A stretch of 64,000 nucleotides of DNA from Alphaproteobacteria bacterium (GTDB taxonomy: Bacteria; Pseudomonadota; Alphaproteobacteria; SP197). The position numbers and the translations under genes are program-made. Shown one piece after another: positions 28,178 through 37,802 of the stretch (the stretch's first letter is position 1; each line of letters starts with the position of its first letter). The notes under the pieces are model-generated. The model made no database searches. It had not been told where the DNA came from and saw only the letters and a list, made by a program, of their open reading frames with translations. Where the stretch lies: contig OZ219917.1 in the NCBI GenBank assembly GCA_964291415.2, positions 640,001-704,000 of the forward strand, written 5' to 3'.

Positions 28178-29059
28178 ATGACGTCTGCGCTCAGGTTCCT
28201 CGGCAGTGCCTCGGCCTTCTGGTTCATCCTGCCCTGCCTCCTGATTCTCGCGTTCACCTCCGTCTACCCCGTGGGGTTCGGACTGGTGGTGTCATTCACC
28301 AACTGGAACTGGGGCAACCAGTTCGAGTTTGTCGGCCTGGCGAACTATGCCAACCTTCTCGCCGACGCCGAATTCTGGAGCGTCATGAGGAATACGGTGG
28401 TGTTCGCCGCGTGGGCGACGGCCATCGAGACCGCACTGGGGTTCTACCTCGCGGTGCAGGTCGACAAGCTGGCCATCCGGACCGATCTTGTCCGCGCAGT
28501 CATCATGTTGCCGCTCATGGTTTCCGGCATCGTCGTCGCCCTGATGTCGAAAGTCATGTTCGATCCCTTCCTCGGCATCATCAATCACCTGATCGGCATG
28601 TTCGGCCTCGGCCCTTCGGCCTTCTATGGCGCCGCCGAAACGGCGATGGCGTCCATCGTCGCCGTCGATGTCTGGTGGCAGACCGCCTTTGTCTTCATCA
28701 TCATGCTTGCCGGATTGCGAAGCCTGCCGACAGAGCCGGTCGAGGCTGCCCGTGTCGAGGGTGCGAGCGAGTTCACCATCTTCTGGTCCATCAAGCTGCC
28801 GATGCTGCGCTCGCTGCTGATCACCGTCATCATCATCCGCGCCATCGACACCCTGAAGGTCTTCGACATCGTCTTTGGCACGACTGGTGGCGGACCGGCC
28901 CTGGCCACAGAGGTCGTGCAGACCTTCGTTTACCGTACCGCCTACAGCTATCAGCAGATCGGCAAGGCGATGGCGACGATGATCCTGTTCTCGCTGCTGA
29001 TTCTCGTCATTTCCCTCGCCCTGCAGACGCTGCAGCGGCGAGGCGAAGAGCACGCATGA
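28178..29059 (+). CDS. Carbohydrate ABC permease
   Basis: FVGLANY, EAARVEGA motif, FDIVFGTTGGGP. Confidence 0.92.
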   Translation: MTSALRFLGSASAFWFILPCLLILAFTSVYPVGFGLVVSFTNWNWGNQFEFVGLANYANLLADAEFWSVMRNTVVFAAWATAIETALGFYLAVQVDKLAIRTDLVRAVIMLPLMVSGIVVALMSKVMFDPFLGIINHLIGMFGLGPSAFYGAAETAMASIVAVDVWWQTAFVFIIMLAGLRSLPTEPVEAARVEGASEFTIFWSIKLPMLRSLLITVIIIRAIDTLKVFDIVFGTTGGGPALATEVVQTFVYRTAYSYQQIGKAMATMILFSLLILVISLALQTLQRRGEEHA

Positions 29060-29913
29060 CGACCCGTGCCATCCTGCGGTTCCACGGCGGTCCGGGAGCA
29101 GGCCTCTCGAAGGCGTGGGCCTACGTCTTCACCGGCGCCATGGTCCTGATCAGTCTGTTCCCGGTCTACTGGGTGCTGACGGTCTCGCTCAAGTCCAGGC
29201 GTGATGGCCTTGCCAGCCCCCCGCTCTGGATCTTCGATCCGACAACGGCCAACTATCTCAAGCTCTGGGGCCACGAGACGTTCAAGTACACGTTCCTGAA
29301 CTCCGTCATCATCACGTCCATCGGCGTGGCCCTGTCGCTCGCCATCGCCATTCCGACCGCCTATGCCATCGTCCGGATGAAGATCAGGGGCAGGAACCTC
29401 GTCGGCGTCTGGCTGATCCTGGCCTATATGCTTCCCGAGTTTCTCTTCGTCATTCCGATGTTCTCGCTCTACCAGTGGACCGGGCTCTATGACACCCATG
29501 CCGGACTTGCCCTCATGTACCAGGTGCACGTTCTGCCGCTGTCAATCTGGCTTCTGAGTTCGTTCTTTCGCGAGATCAATCCGGCCATCGACGAGGCCGC
29601 GCGCATCGAAGGCGCGTCCAACTGGCAGATCCTGACGAGGATCTACATACCCTGCACCCTTCCCGGCATGGCGGCCACGGCTGTTCTGAACGCCATCTGG
29701 ATCTGGAACGAACTTGCCATCGCAATCGGCCTGACGTTCTCCAGGGCGGAGACGGTCACGCTCGGGGTGACGAGCTTTCGCGGCTATGCGGCGCTCGACT
29801 GGGGTGCGATGACAGCCGCATCGATCATTGCCATCGTACCGATGCTGCTGTTCGCCATCGCCGCACAGAAACACATCGTCAAGGGGCTGTCCCTTGGCGC
29901 AGTCAAGGGCTGA
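29056..29913 (+). CDS. Carbohydrate ABC permease
   Basis: DEAARIEGA, IWIWNE, GLSLGAVKG. Confidence 0.92.
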   Translation: MTTRAILRFHGGPGAGLSKAWAYVFTGAMVLISLFPVYWVLTVSLKSRRDGLASPPLWIFDPTTANYLKLWGHETFKYTFLNSVIITSIGVALSLAIAIPTAYAIVRMKIRGRNLVGVWLILAYMLPEFLFVIPMFSLYQWTGLYDTHAGLALMYQVHVLPLSIWLLSSFFREINPAIDEAARIEGASNWQILTRIYIPCTLPGMAATAVLNAIWIWNELAIAIGLTFSRAETVTLGVTSFRGYAALDWGAMTAASIIAIVPMLLFAIAAQKHIVKGLSLGAVKG

Positions 29914-29916
29914 ACC

Positions 29917-30960
29917 ATGCCGTTCAAGGAATTCGATATCCCGCAGTTCACGACAGTCTTCGGACGCAACCTCCTTGGCGAGGCGGCGAACTTCGTGTGT
30001 CCGCCCATGCTGGTCGTGACGATGGAGGACCTCTGGCCACTCTTTCGCGACTCCCTGCCGGACGATGCCGTGCCCTACATGGTGCGTTCCATGGAACGTA
30101 CTGCGCTGGAAGCCGACCTCGAGACACTGGCGGACGTTGCCTCGGTCGTCGGTCTGGGAGGTGGACAGGCGATCGATGCCGCGAAGTATGTCGCCTGGCG
30201 TCGCAACCTGCCGCTCTTCCAGTTTCCGACATCGCTTTCCGTCGATGCCGTCTTCGGACATCGTGCTGGGGTCCGGGAAAACAGTGTCGTCAGGTATGTC
30301 GGATGGGCAGTCCCGCAGACCGTCTACGTTGATCTCGACATCATCGAATCGGCCCCCCGAGCGCTCAACATCGGCGGCGTGGGCGACGTCTTGTGCTTCG
30401 TCACCGGCGTCATGGACTGGCGTCACGCGGAGTCCCAGGGAAAGTGCGAGTCACGCTGGCCCTACGATGACAGTCTCGCAGCCATCTCGCTGGCGAAGGC
30501 CGAGGCAGTGCTGGCCGAACTTGACGAAATCAGGACGCTTTCGCCGCGTGGCATCCGGATTCTGGTCGACGGCCTGAAATGGGGCGGTGCCTCCTACCAT
30601 GGCGCCGGCTGGAATCCGCGTCACATCGAAGGTGTCGAGCACTACTTCTTCTATGCTCTCGAGGCAGGAACGGGGAAAACGTTCCTGCATGGCCAGGCGG
30701 TGTGCCTGGGCCTCGTTCTCGGCGCGATGATGCATGGTGAGCGTGTTGACGAACTGCTCGGAGCGGTGACCCGTCTCGGCCTCGACATTCGCCCCGCCGC
30801 CCTGGACGTGTCGTGGCGCGACGTCTTCGAAGCCGTGCGCGGGCTGAAAGCCTTCGTCGAGCGGGAAGGCCTCGCCTACGGTATCGCCAACGACTTCGAT
30901 GTAACGGACGAGTTCCTGAGCGCTGCGCGAAACAGGATTGAAGGGGCCTTTGCCGCATGA
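29917..30960 (+). CDS. Glycerol-1-phosphate dehydrogenase-like (AraM/EgsA) oxidoreductase, paralogue 1
   Basis: GLGGGQAIDAAKY, PTSLSVDA, GVGD, EGVEH, LHGQAV. Confidence 0.75.
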   Translation: MPFKEFDIPQFTTVFGRNLLGEAANFVCPPMLVVTMEDLWPLFRDSLPDDAVPYMVRSMERTALEADLETLADVASVVGLGGGQAIDAAKYVAWRRNLPLFQFPTSLSVDAVFGHRAGVRENSVVRYVGWAVPQTVYVDLDIIESAPRALNIGGVGDVLCFVTGVMDWRHAESQGKCESRWPYDDSLAAISLAKAEAVLAELDEIRTLSPRGIRILVDGLKWGGASYHGAGWNPRHIEGVEHYFFYALEAGTGKTFLHGQAVCLGLVLGAMMHGERVDELLGAVTRLGLDIRPAALDVSWRDVFEAVRGLKAFVEREGLAYGIANDFDVTDEFLSAARNRIEGAFAA

Positions 30961-31472
30961 ACACTTTACGTCGCGGAACGGTGGGCCCGGAGAGTGTCGC
31001 GGACCGGCGGCTCGCCGTCCTCGGCCATGTCATTCCCCCGGCGCCCGCACCGGTCGGGAACTTCGAGCTCGGTTCCATCGAAGGCACGACGCTCTATCTG
31101 TCAGGCCAGGGGCCGGTGCTGGAATGCGGCAGGCTGGCAACCGGCAAGGTCGGGCTTGATGTTCCGGTCCATGAAGCCTTCCACCACGCGCAAAGAACCG
31201 GACTTGTGCTGATTGCCGCGATGAAGGAGATCCTCGGCTCGCTTGAACATGTCGCGCAGATCCGGCGTGTGTTCGGCATGGTCAACGCCGCACCCGGTTT
31301 CATCGATCACCCGGCGGTGATTGACGGTTGCTCCAACCTGTTTTGCGATGTCTTCGGCGAACGGGGCCGACATGCGCGCACGGCCGTTGGCATGGCATCC
31401 CTGCCCGGCAACATCACCGTTGAAATCGATGCCATCGTCTCGATTTTCCCGGACTGGAACGCATCCCGATGA
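30957..31472 (+). CDS. RidA/YjgF family protein
   Basis: PAPVGNF, LYLSGQGP, GMVNAAPGF, GRHARTAVG..SLP. Confidence 0.88.
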   Translation: MNTLRRGTVGPESVADRRLAVLGHVIPPAPAPVGNFELGSIEGTTLYLSGQGPVLECGRLATGKVGLDVPVHEAFHHAQRTGLVLIAAMKEILGSLEHVAQIRRVFGMVNAAPGFIDHPAVIDGCSNLFCDVFGERGRHARTAVGMASLPGNITVEIDAIVSIFPDWNASR

Positions 31473-32512
31473 GAGATATCCGTTTTCTGGACGTCGCCAA
31501 GAGCTACGGTGATGTCGAGGTCATCTCCGGCCTCGATCTCCACGTCCGCGAGGGAGAGTTCATGGTGCTGGTCGGACCGTCGGGCTGCGCCAAGTCGACC
31601 ACGCTCCGGATGATCGCGGGTCTCGAGTCCATCTCGTCGGGTGACCTGATGATTGGCGGCGAACGTGCCAACCATCTCTCGCCCGCCCAGCGCAACATCT
31701 CCATGGTGTTCCAGTCCTATGCGCTGTTCCCGAACATGTCGGTGCGCGACAATCTTTCCTTCGGACTGAGAATCAGAAAGACCGATCCCGCCACCGTCAG
31801 GACCGAGGTCGCGCGTGTCGCCGACATGCTGGGTCTGGGCGAGTTGCTCGCCCGGAGGCCTCGCCAGCTTTCAGGTGGACAGGCGCAGCGTGTTGCCCTG
31901 GGGCGCGCCATGATTCGCAGGCCGGACGCATTCCTCTTCGATGAGCCGCTGTCCAATCTCGATGCAGAACTCCGGGTTCAGATGCGTGGCGAAATCGCCG
32001 AGATGCAGCGCCAGTTGACGACAACGACGGTCTACGTGACCCACGACCAGGTCGAAGCCATGACGATGGGCGACCGGATCGCCGTCATGAACCGGGGCCG
32101 GATCATGCAGGTCGGTGTTCCCACCGAACTCTACGAGCAGCCCGCAAACACCTTCGTGGCGGGTTTCATCGGCAGTCCGCGCATGAACCTCCTCGACGCG
32201 AAGGACCTCCTCGGCGACGCCGCAACGGCGGTCGATCGCGGCCGTGGATCGACGCTCGGAATCCGGCCCGAGCACCTCCTGATCGGGTTGACCGAAGGCG
32301 CGGTCCCCGTCGGTGAGGCAAGGGTCAACAGGATCGAGGACCTCGGCCACGAAGCGCTTGTCCATCTCCGCAATACCCGTGGCGCGAATCTCACCGTTCG
32401 AACCAGCGGCGACATACGCGGTAGGGTCCGCGCCGGCGAGACGCTGTCGCTGGCACTCCGGCCGGAACGGCTGCACGCCTTCGACAACACGACCGGAGAA
32501 CGCCTGTCATGA
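31469..32512 (+). CDS. MalK/UgpC-type ABC ATPase
   Basis: [40 protein letters not shown]. Confidence 0.95.
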   Translation: MRDIRFLDVAKSYGDVEVISGLDLHVREGEFMVLVGPSGCAKSTTLRMIAGLESISSGDLMIGGERANHLSPAQRNISMVFQSYALFPNMSVRDNLSFGLRIRKTDPATVRTEVARVADMLGLGELLARRPRQLSGGQAQRVALGRAMIRRPDAFLFDEPLSNLDAELRVQMRGEIAEMQRQLTTTTVYVTHDQVEAMTMGDRIAVMNRGRIMQVGVPTELYEQPANTFVAGFIGSPRMNLLDAKDLLGDAATAVDRGRGSTLGIRPEHLLIGLTEGAVPVGEARVNRIEDLGHEALVHLRNTRGANLTVRTSGDIRGRVRAGETLSLALRPERLHAFDNTTGERLS

Positions 32513-33720
32513 CAGACGACCCCTTCGCCCGATGGCACCTTACCCCGGTCATCAACGTTTCCGGGACGATGACGCGCATCGGCGCATCGAGGGTTCCCCA
32601 GGACGTGCGGGCGTGCGTCGACCGGATCCTCGCATCCTTCGTCGACATGGATGAACTGCAGTCGCGCGCAGGCTCCGTCATCGCACGCGTGACCGGGGCC
32701 GAAGCGGGATGTGTCGCCTCATGTTCCGCGTCCGCCATGACGCAAACGGTTGCCGCATGCCTCACAGGCGCGGAGCTTGCAAGGATCGAGGCGCTGCCTT
32801 GTGTGGCCGGCGAGCGGCGTGTCCTGCTGCCCATGGGACACATGGTGAACTATGGCGCGCCGATCGATCAGGCGATCCGCCTTGCCGGCGCCGAGGTCGT
32901 ACCCGTAGGCACCGCAGCCGCCTGCGAAACCTGGCACCTCGCCGACGCACTGGCCGCGGGTGCGGCGGCGGCCATGTACGTCGTCTCGCACCACACCGTG
33001 CGCGAAAACGAGCTTCCCATGGATGTCTTCATCAACCTCTGCCGCGAGCAAGGCGTACCGGTGATTGTCGACATGGCCTCGGAGTACGACCTGGCCGGAC
33101 CCATCGAACTCGGTGCATCCGCCGTGATCCATTCCGGCCACAAGTTCCTGTCGGGAGTCACCAGCGCCATCGTGGCCGGAAGCTCCGATCTCATACGTGC
33201 CACCTATCTTCAGCACCGCGGAATCGGGCGGACGATGAAGGCGGGCAAGGAGAGCGTGGTCGGCGCCATGGCAGCGCTCGAGTTGTGGGAGAAACGCGAT
33301 CATGAAGCCGTCCGGAAGACCGAGGAGGCGCGCGTGGCCCTCTGGATGCGCGAACTCGCGGACATGCCCGGCGTCGCCATTGCCAGCCATGCTGACTGGA
33401 CCGGCAACCCGATCACGCGGGTCCGCATCACCGTCACCCCCCGGAAGGCGGGTTTCCATGCCTGGGAACTGGCCGCCCGGCTTACCGGGCGGACACCCAG
33501 CATCGTGGTGCGCGACGATCTCGTCGAGCGGCAGGAACTCTACCTCGACCCCTGCAATCTGACCGACGCGGAAGCTGCTCTGGTGGCCGCCGCAATCCGG
33601 CAGGAAGCCGACCGCTTCCGGGCAGAGGGCGATGGCTGCCGCCAAGGCTGGAGCGATGTCAAGCGTGGCCGCGAGGCGGCGATCCTGGGCTGGTCGGGGA
33701 ATCGTGATGCCGACCCTTGA
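32509..33720 (+). CDS. SelA-like/DgaE-like PLP-dependent enzyme
   Basis: PVINVSGTMTRIGAS, GAEAG, VIVDMASE, SGHKFL (PLP lysine), GIGRTMKAGKE. Confidence 0.85.
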   Translation: MTDDPFARWHLTPVINVSGTMTRIGASRVPQDVRACVDRILASFVDMDELQSRAGSVIARVTGAEAGCVASCSASAMTQTVAACLTGAELARIEALPCVAGERRVLLPMGHMVNYGAPIDQAIRLAGAEVVPVGTAAACETWHLADALAAGAAAAMYVVSHHTVRENELPMDVFINLCREQGVPVIVDMASEYDLAGPIELGASAVIHSGHKFLSGVTSAIVAGSSDLIRATYLQHRGIGRTMKAGKESVVGAMAALELWEKRDHEAVRKTEEARVALWMRELADMPGVAIASHADWTGNPITRVRITVTPRKAGFHAWELAARLTGRTPSIVVRDDLVERQELYLDPCNLTDAEAALVAAAIRQEADRFRAEGDGCRQGWSDVKRGREAAILGWSGNRDADP

Positions 33721-33816
33721 CACGGACAGACCTCTGAACGGCACCGACGATCGGGGCGGCTGTTCGTCCTTCTTTGGCGAAGACGCCGCGGCACCCTCTG
33801 ACCTCCGGCACGGGAG

Positions 33817-34884
33817 ATGACCAGCTTGCCTCACGATCATGCCCGGGATCTTGCCTACGGCTTTCCGACCGTGTTCGGCCGCGGTTTGCTGGACGAGTTC
33901 CGCCACTTCGTCAATCCGCCGTTCCTCGTGGTCACGATGGACGATCTCTGGCCGCTCTTCTCGCGTCACTTTTCCGGTGCCGACTGCAGACCCTACTTCT
34001 GCGGGTCGATCGAGCAGGCCGACCTCGATCGGCAGGCCGCGAGCCTCGGCGAGGTGCGCGCAATCGTTGGACTCGGCGGGGGCCAGGCGCTGGATGTCGC
34101 GAAGTACTTCTCGTGGCGCCTGAACCTGCCGCTCTTCCAGGCGCCGACGGCCCTGTCGGTCAATGCCGTCTACGGCCAGCGTTCGGGCGTCCGGATCCAG
34201 GGGCGGGTCGCCTATCGCGGTTGGGCCGTGCCGCAGGCCATCTACATTGACTACGATGTTCTTGCCGGTTGTCCACCGGCGCTGAACTGGTCGGGAATCG
34301 GCGACATCCTCTGCTTTCACACCGGTGTTCTGGATTGGCGCTATGCCGAGAGGGAAGGGAAGATCGAGGAAAAGTGGCGGTTCGACGAGAATTTGGCCAG
34401 GCAGTCGCTGGTGAAGGTCAGAACGGTCGTCGGGAACGTCGACAACATCCGCGCCATGAACGACCGCGGTATCGACGCACTGGCCGACGGCCTGAAATGG
34501 GGCACGAGTTATCACGGGTCGGGATGGTGCCCCCGCCACATCGAGGGGACCGACCATTTCCTCTTCTACACACTGGAACAACTGACGGGGAAGAAGTTCC
34601 TCCACGGTCAGCCCGTGTGCCTCGGCGTCATTGTCGGCTCGATGCTGCACGATGTCGGAGCCGAGGAGATGCTCGATACCATCGCGGGCATCGGCCTCGA
34701 CATCCGCCCGGAGGCGATGGGCTTGACGTGGGACCAGCTCGAGGAAGGCCTGATGACGATGCGATCCTATGTCAACCACGTTGGACTCTGGCATTCCATA
34801 GCCCACGATGCCGTCCTGACGGCCGGTTTTGTCTCTGATCTGAAGGACCGCCTGGCACGCGCCTACGCGCATCGTGACCGGTGA
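33817..34884 (+). CDS. Glycerol-1-phosphate dehydrogenase-like oxidoreductase, paralogue 2
   Basis: GLGGGQALDVAKY, PTALSVNA, GIGD, EGTDH, LHGQPV; collinear with 29917-30960. Confidence 0.75.
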   Translation: MTSLPHDHARDLAYGFPTVFGRGLLDEFRHFVNPPFLVVTMDDLWPLFSRHFSGADCRPYFCGSIEQADLDRQAASLGEVRAIVGLGGGQALDVAKYFSWRLNLPLFQAPTALSVNAVYGQRSGVRIQGRVAYRGWAVPQAIYIDYDVLAGCPPALNWSGIGDILCFHTGVLDWRYAEREGKIEEKWRFDENLARQSLVKVRTVVGNVDNIRAMNDRGIDALADGLKWGTSYHGSGWCPRHIEGTDHFLFYTLEQLTGKKFLHGQPVCLGVIVGSMLHDVGAEEMLDTIAGIGLDIRPEAMGLTWDQLEEGLMTMRSYVNHVGLWHSIAHDAVLTAGFVSDLKDRLARAYAHRDR

Positions 34885-34926
34885 CGGCACCGGTCAATTC
34901 CGGGGTGCCGCGCAAGGCAAGCGGAC

Positions 34927-35826
34927 TCATGGTTTGGGGGAGTTTTCCCTTCCGAGCCAGGCCGGATCGAATTCCGGTTCCGGCATTCCCCTGGACGGGC
35001 CACGCAGTACGAACGCATCGCCGTGCGGCGATCTCGGACCGTCGTCATCGTCCCGGGCCGCGCTGGTCGCAAGAAGCAGCGAGCCGTCCTCGCCGCCGAA
35101 GGCGCAGGACGTGACGTTGCCGGCCGGAAGCTCGATCGTCTCCACCATGGTCCCCGTGGGATCGTGAACGCTGATGCAACTTCCCTGCCAATGTGCGCTG
35201 TAGAGGCGACCGTCGCGGTCAGTGGTCATGCCGTCCGGCATGCCCGTGTCGGGCGGAACTGTTGCAAACAGGTCACGGTCGACCACACGTCCCGCGGAAT
35301 CGAGGGTGTAGCGCAGAATCCGGCCACTCACTGTGTCGGCGAAATACGCAGTCCTGCCATCGGGAGAGAATGCCGGGCCGTTCGCGACAACAAAGCCCTG
35401 ATCGACACGTTCGGCGCCGGCGGCGCTCACGCGGTGAAGTGAACCGATCGGATCGACTTCCCCGACATCCGACGTGCCGATCCAGAATGCCCCGTCAGGA
35501 GCGACCTTTCCGTCATTGAAGCAGGTGCCAGCGGCGGGGCGGAGCGGCGCCGGCAGTGGAGTTGTGGCGCCGCTTGCGGGATCGAGGCGCAGGAATTGCG
35601 TCGCCGTCACAAGCAGAACGAACCCGTCGTTCAGGCGCGCAAGGCACGCGAGGTTCTCGGCGTACCCGCTTGCGATCACCCGGTCGTTTCCATCTTGCGG
35701 ATCGAAGCGGTGAACCTCGCGTCCGTGAAGATCGAGCCACAGGAACGCGCCGGAAGCCGGCAACCACAGCGGCGCCTCTCCCAGATAGGCCGCGGCGGCG
35801 ATGTGGCGGACGATCCCGAACGGCAT
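34927..35826 (-). CDS. SMP-30/gluconolactonase family protein
   Basis: LGEAPLW, FNDGKVAPDG, ANGPAFSPDG, PDGMTTD, VTSCAFGG; start uncertain (35826 or 35868). Confidence 0.9.
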   Translation of the reverse strand: MPFGIVRHIAAAAYLGEAPLWLPASGAFLWLDLHGREVHRFDPQDGNDRVIASGYAENLACLARLNDGFVLLVTATQFLRLDPASGATTPLPAPLRPAAGTCFNDGKVAPDGAFWIGTSDVGEVDPIGSLHRVSAAGAERVDQGFVVANGPAFSPDGRTAYFADTVSGRILRYTLDSAGRVVDRDLFATVPPDTGMPDGMTTDRDGRLYSAHWQGSCISVHDPTGTMVETIELPAGNVTSCAFGGEDGSLLLATSAARDDDDGPRSPHGDAFVLRGPSRGMPEPEFDPAWLGRENSPKP

Positions 35827-35867
35827 TGTCAACAGCCTTCTGCGTGGCTCCAAATGCGCTTTACGCA

Positions 35868-35900
35868 TCGCATACAGTCTTATAGCATGACAGTATGCGA
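35868..35900. promoter_or_regulatory. Inverted repeat operator between divergent lactonase and GntR genes
   Basis: tcgcatacagtc ... gacagtatgcga around an AT-rich core, overlapping the GntR ATG. Confidence 0.55.
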
Positions 35901-36626
35901 GATAGCGACCATGGGCTGACTCCGATCACGCCGATCCGCAGACGTCTTGTCACCGACGAGGTCATCGATCGGCTTATCCTCGCGATCGCCATTGGCGCGT
36001 TTCCACCCGGGCACCGTCTCGTCGAGGAGAATCTCGCCGCCGAGTTCGGCGTGAGCCGCGTTCCGATCCGTGAGGCCATGCGCGAGCTCTGGTTGCAGGG
36101 AATTCTGAGTTCCTCTCCGGGTCGCGGCTGGAGGGTCGCCGCCTTCGATGATCGCCAGATCCGGGAGGTATGCAGCGTGCGCATCCTGCTTGAGGCGTTG
36201 CTACTTGCCGAGACAATGCCCCGGTTGCGCTCCGATCCCTCCCGATTTGCGGAGATCGACAGAGCCCTGGACGCGATGCGCAAGGGCGCCGCGGACGGAC
36301 ATGTCGAGCAGGTCCAGCGCGCCGATGTCGAGTTTCACCGGGCCGCCCTATCGGTGGCCGGACATTCGCTGGGCCTTGGCATCTGGGAAGGCATCTCTCG
36401 CCAGGTTCTCATCATCTTCGGACTCGAGATCCGCAGCCATCCGGACCTCGACGCCGTCGTCGTGCAGCACGAGCAGCTTCGCCGTTTTCTGGCCGTGGGC
36501 GATCCCGCGGATCTGACGTCGGTGCTGCGCGAGCACATTGCCGGTTGGTGGTCGTCTTCGGACGATCAGCCGGAGCACCACAACGAAACAGATAACTGGG
36601 AGATCAAAAATGTTTCGATCGCTTGA
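35895..36626 (+). CDS. GntR (FCD) family regulator
   Basis: PGHRLVEENLAAEFGVSRVPIREA, ADVEFH, QHEQL. Confidence 0.9.
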   Translation: MRDSDHGLTPITPIRRRLVTDEVIDRLILAIAIGAFPPGHRLVEENLAAEFGVSRVPIREAMRELWLQGILSSSPGRGWRVAAFDDRQIREVCSVRILLEALLLAETMPRLRSDPSRFAEIDRALDAMRKGAADGHVEQVQRADVEFHRAALSVAGHSLGLGIWEGISRQVLIIFGLEIRSHPDLDAVVVQHEQLRRFLAVGDPADLTSVLREHIAGWWSSSDDQPEHHNETDNWEIKNVSIA

Positions 36627-37614
36627 ATGGAAACTGGCGGCGGCGCTCGTCCTGGCCGCGGGCACGCAGGCTTCGGCACAGGAAGTCCGGCTCTTCAGCT
36701 TTGAAGGCTATTCCGAACCGGAGTGGGTGGAACCCTTCACCGAGGCAACAGGTTGCGAGGTGAGCGTGGCCTACACCGGATCGGTGGACGAAATGTTCGC
36801 CAAGATGGTGGGAAGCGATGGCGCCGACTACGACCTGGTCTCAATCGATACCTCGATCGTCGAGCGCTATCTCGACCAGGGCCTGATCATTCCTTTCGAC
36901 ATGTCGCAGATACCCAACACCTCGAACCTGCTTCCCGCGTTCAGCTCGGTGGCGGAAGTCATGAGCGGCGGCGAAACATACGGAGTTCCGATCGCCTGGG
37001 GTTCGCTTGGCCTCATCTATGACAAGGAAGCGTTTCCGGACGGGGTGAGTTCCTGGGAAGCCCTGTGGAGTCCTGAGAACGCGGGACACGTGCTCGCGCT
37101 CGATGACGCCAACAACAACGTGACCAATGCGGCAATCGTTCTCGGACTCGAGGACCCGTTCAACCTCAGCGATGCCGACTTCGATGCCGTCAAGATGAAG
37201 CTGATCGAGCAGAAGCAGTACCTCATCAGCTACTACGCCGGATTCGAGGAAGGCGTGAACATGTGGGATTCGAGCGAGGCGACGCTGATGTTCTCGATGG
37301 GCGAGTTCCAGACCGTCGCACTCGCCAATCGCGGCTACGACGTGGTGTACTCGATCCCGGATGAGGGCGGCATCGGCTGGCTCGACACGTGGGCCCTCTC
37401 CAAGGGAGTGAAGGACTCCGAGTGCGCGCATCAGTGGGTCAATCACTACCTCAACGGCGAGACGGGCCCGGCCATGACCGCGAAGAACGGATACGGAAAC
37501 ACGACGAACGAAAGTCCCGGACTCGACTACGCCGACAAGTTGGTGTGGCTCCGGCCGGTTGAGGATTTCGACCGCCGGGTGAGTGTCTGGAACGAGGTCA
37601 AGGCCGCGCAGTAA
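36610..37614 (+). CDS. PotD/PotF-like ABC substrate-binding protein
   Basis: Signal peptide, FEGY, FTEATGC, YGVPIAWG, PDEGGIGWLD, WNEVKA. Confidence 0.88.
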   Translation: MFRSLEWKLAAALVLAAGTQASAQEVRLFSFEGYSEPEWVEPFTEATGCEVSVAYTGSVDEMFAKMVGSDGADYDLVSIDTSIVERYLDQGLIIPFDMSQIPNTSNLLPAFSSVAEVMSGGETYGVPIAWGSLGLIYDKEAFPDGVSSWEALWSPENAGHVLALDDANNNVTNAAIVLGLEDPFNLSDADFDAVKMKLIEQKQYLISYYAGFEEGVNMWDSSEATLMFSMGEFQTVALANRGYDVVYSIPDEGGIGWLDTWALSKGVKDSECAHQWVNHYLNGETGPAMTAKNGYGNTTNESPGLDYADKLVWLRPVEDFDRRVSVWNEVKAAQ

Positions 37615-37630
37615 CAGTGACAGAGGGGTT

Positions 37631-37658
37631 GACGGGCATGCTGTGAGGGATGCCCGTC
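37631..37658 (+). terminator. Hairpin after the SBP gene
   Basis: gacgggcat ... atgcccgtc 9-bp stem. Confidence 0.4.
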
Positions 37659-37802
37659 GCCTGTCATGGTGTCCAGGCCGGTTGATCCGGGTTTGGCCTC
37701 AACCGGGTTCGCACCAGCACAGCGTACCCACGGTTCTCACGAAAGCCGGCATCCCGGTTGCCGTTCGGGTGACCTGCGTGTCGGCAAGGGGGAGCGCGGC
37801 AA

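Noticed and set aside
28117-29055. Apparent 598-aa double-length permease
   Set aside because: The N-terminal half is an alternative frame over the first permease; the real start is 29056
32509-33720. True selenocysteine synthase SelA
   Set aside because: Shorter than SelA, no selB/selC/selD nearby, and the context is a catabolic ABC operon
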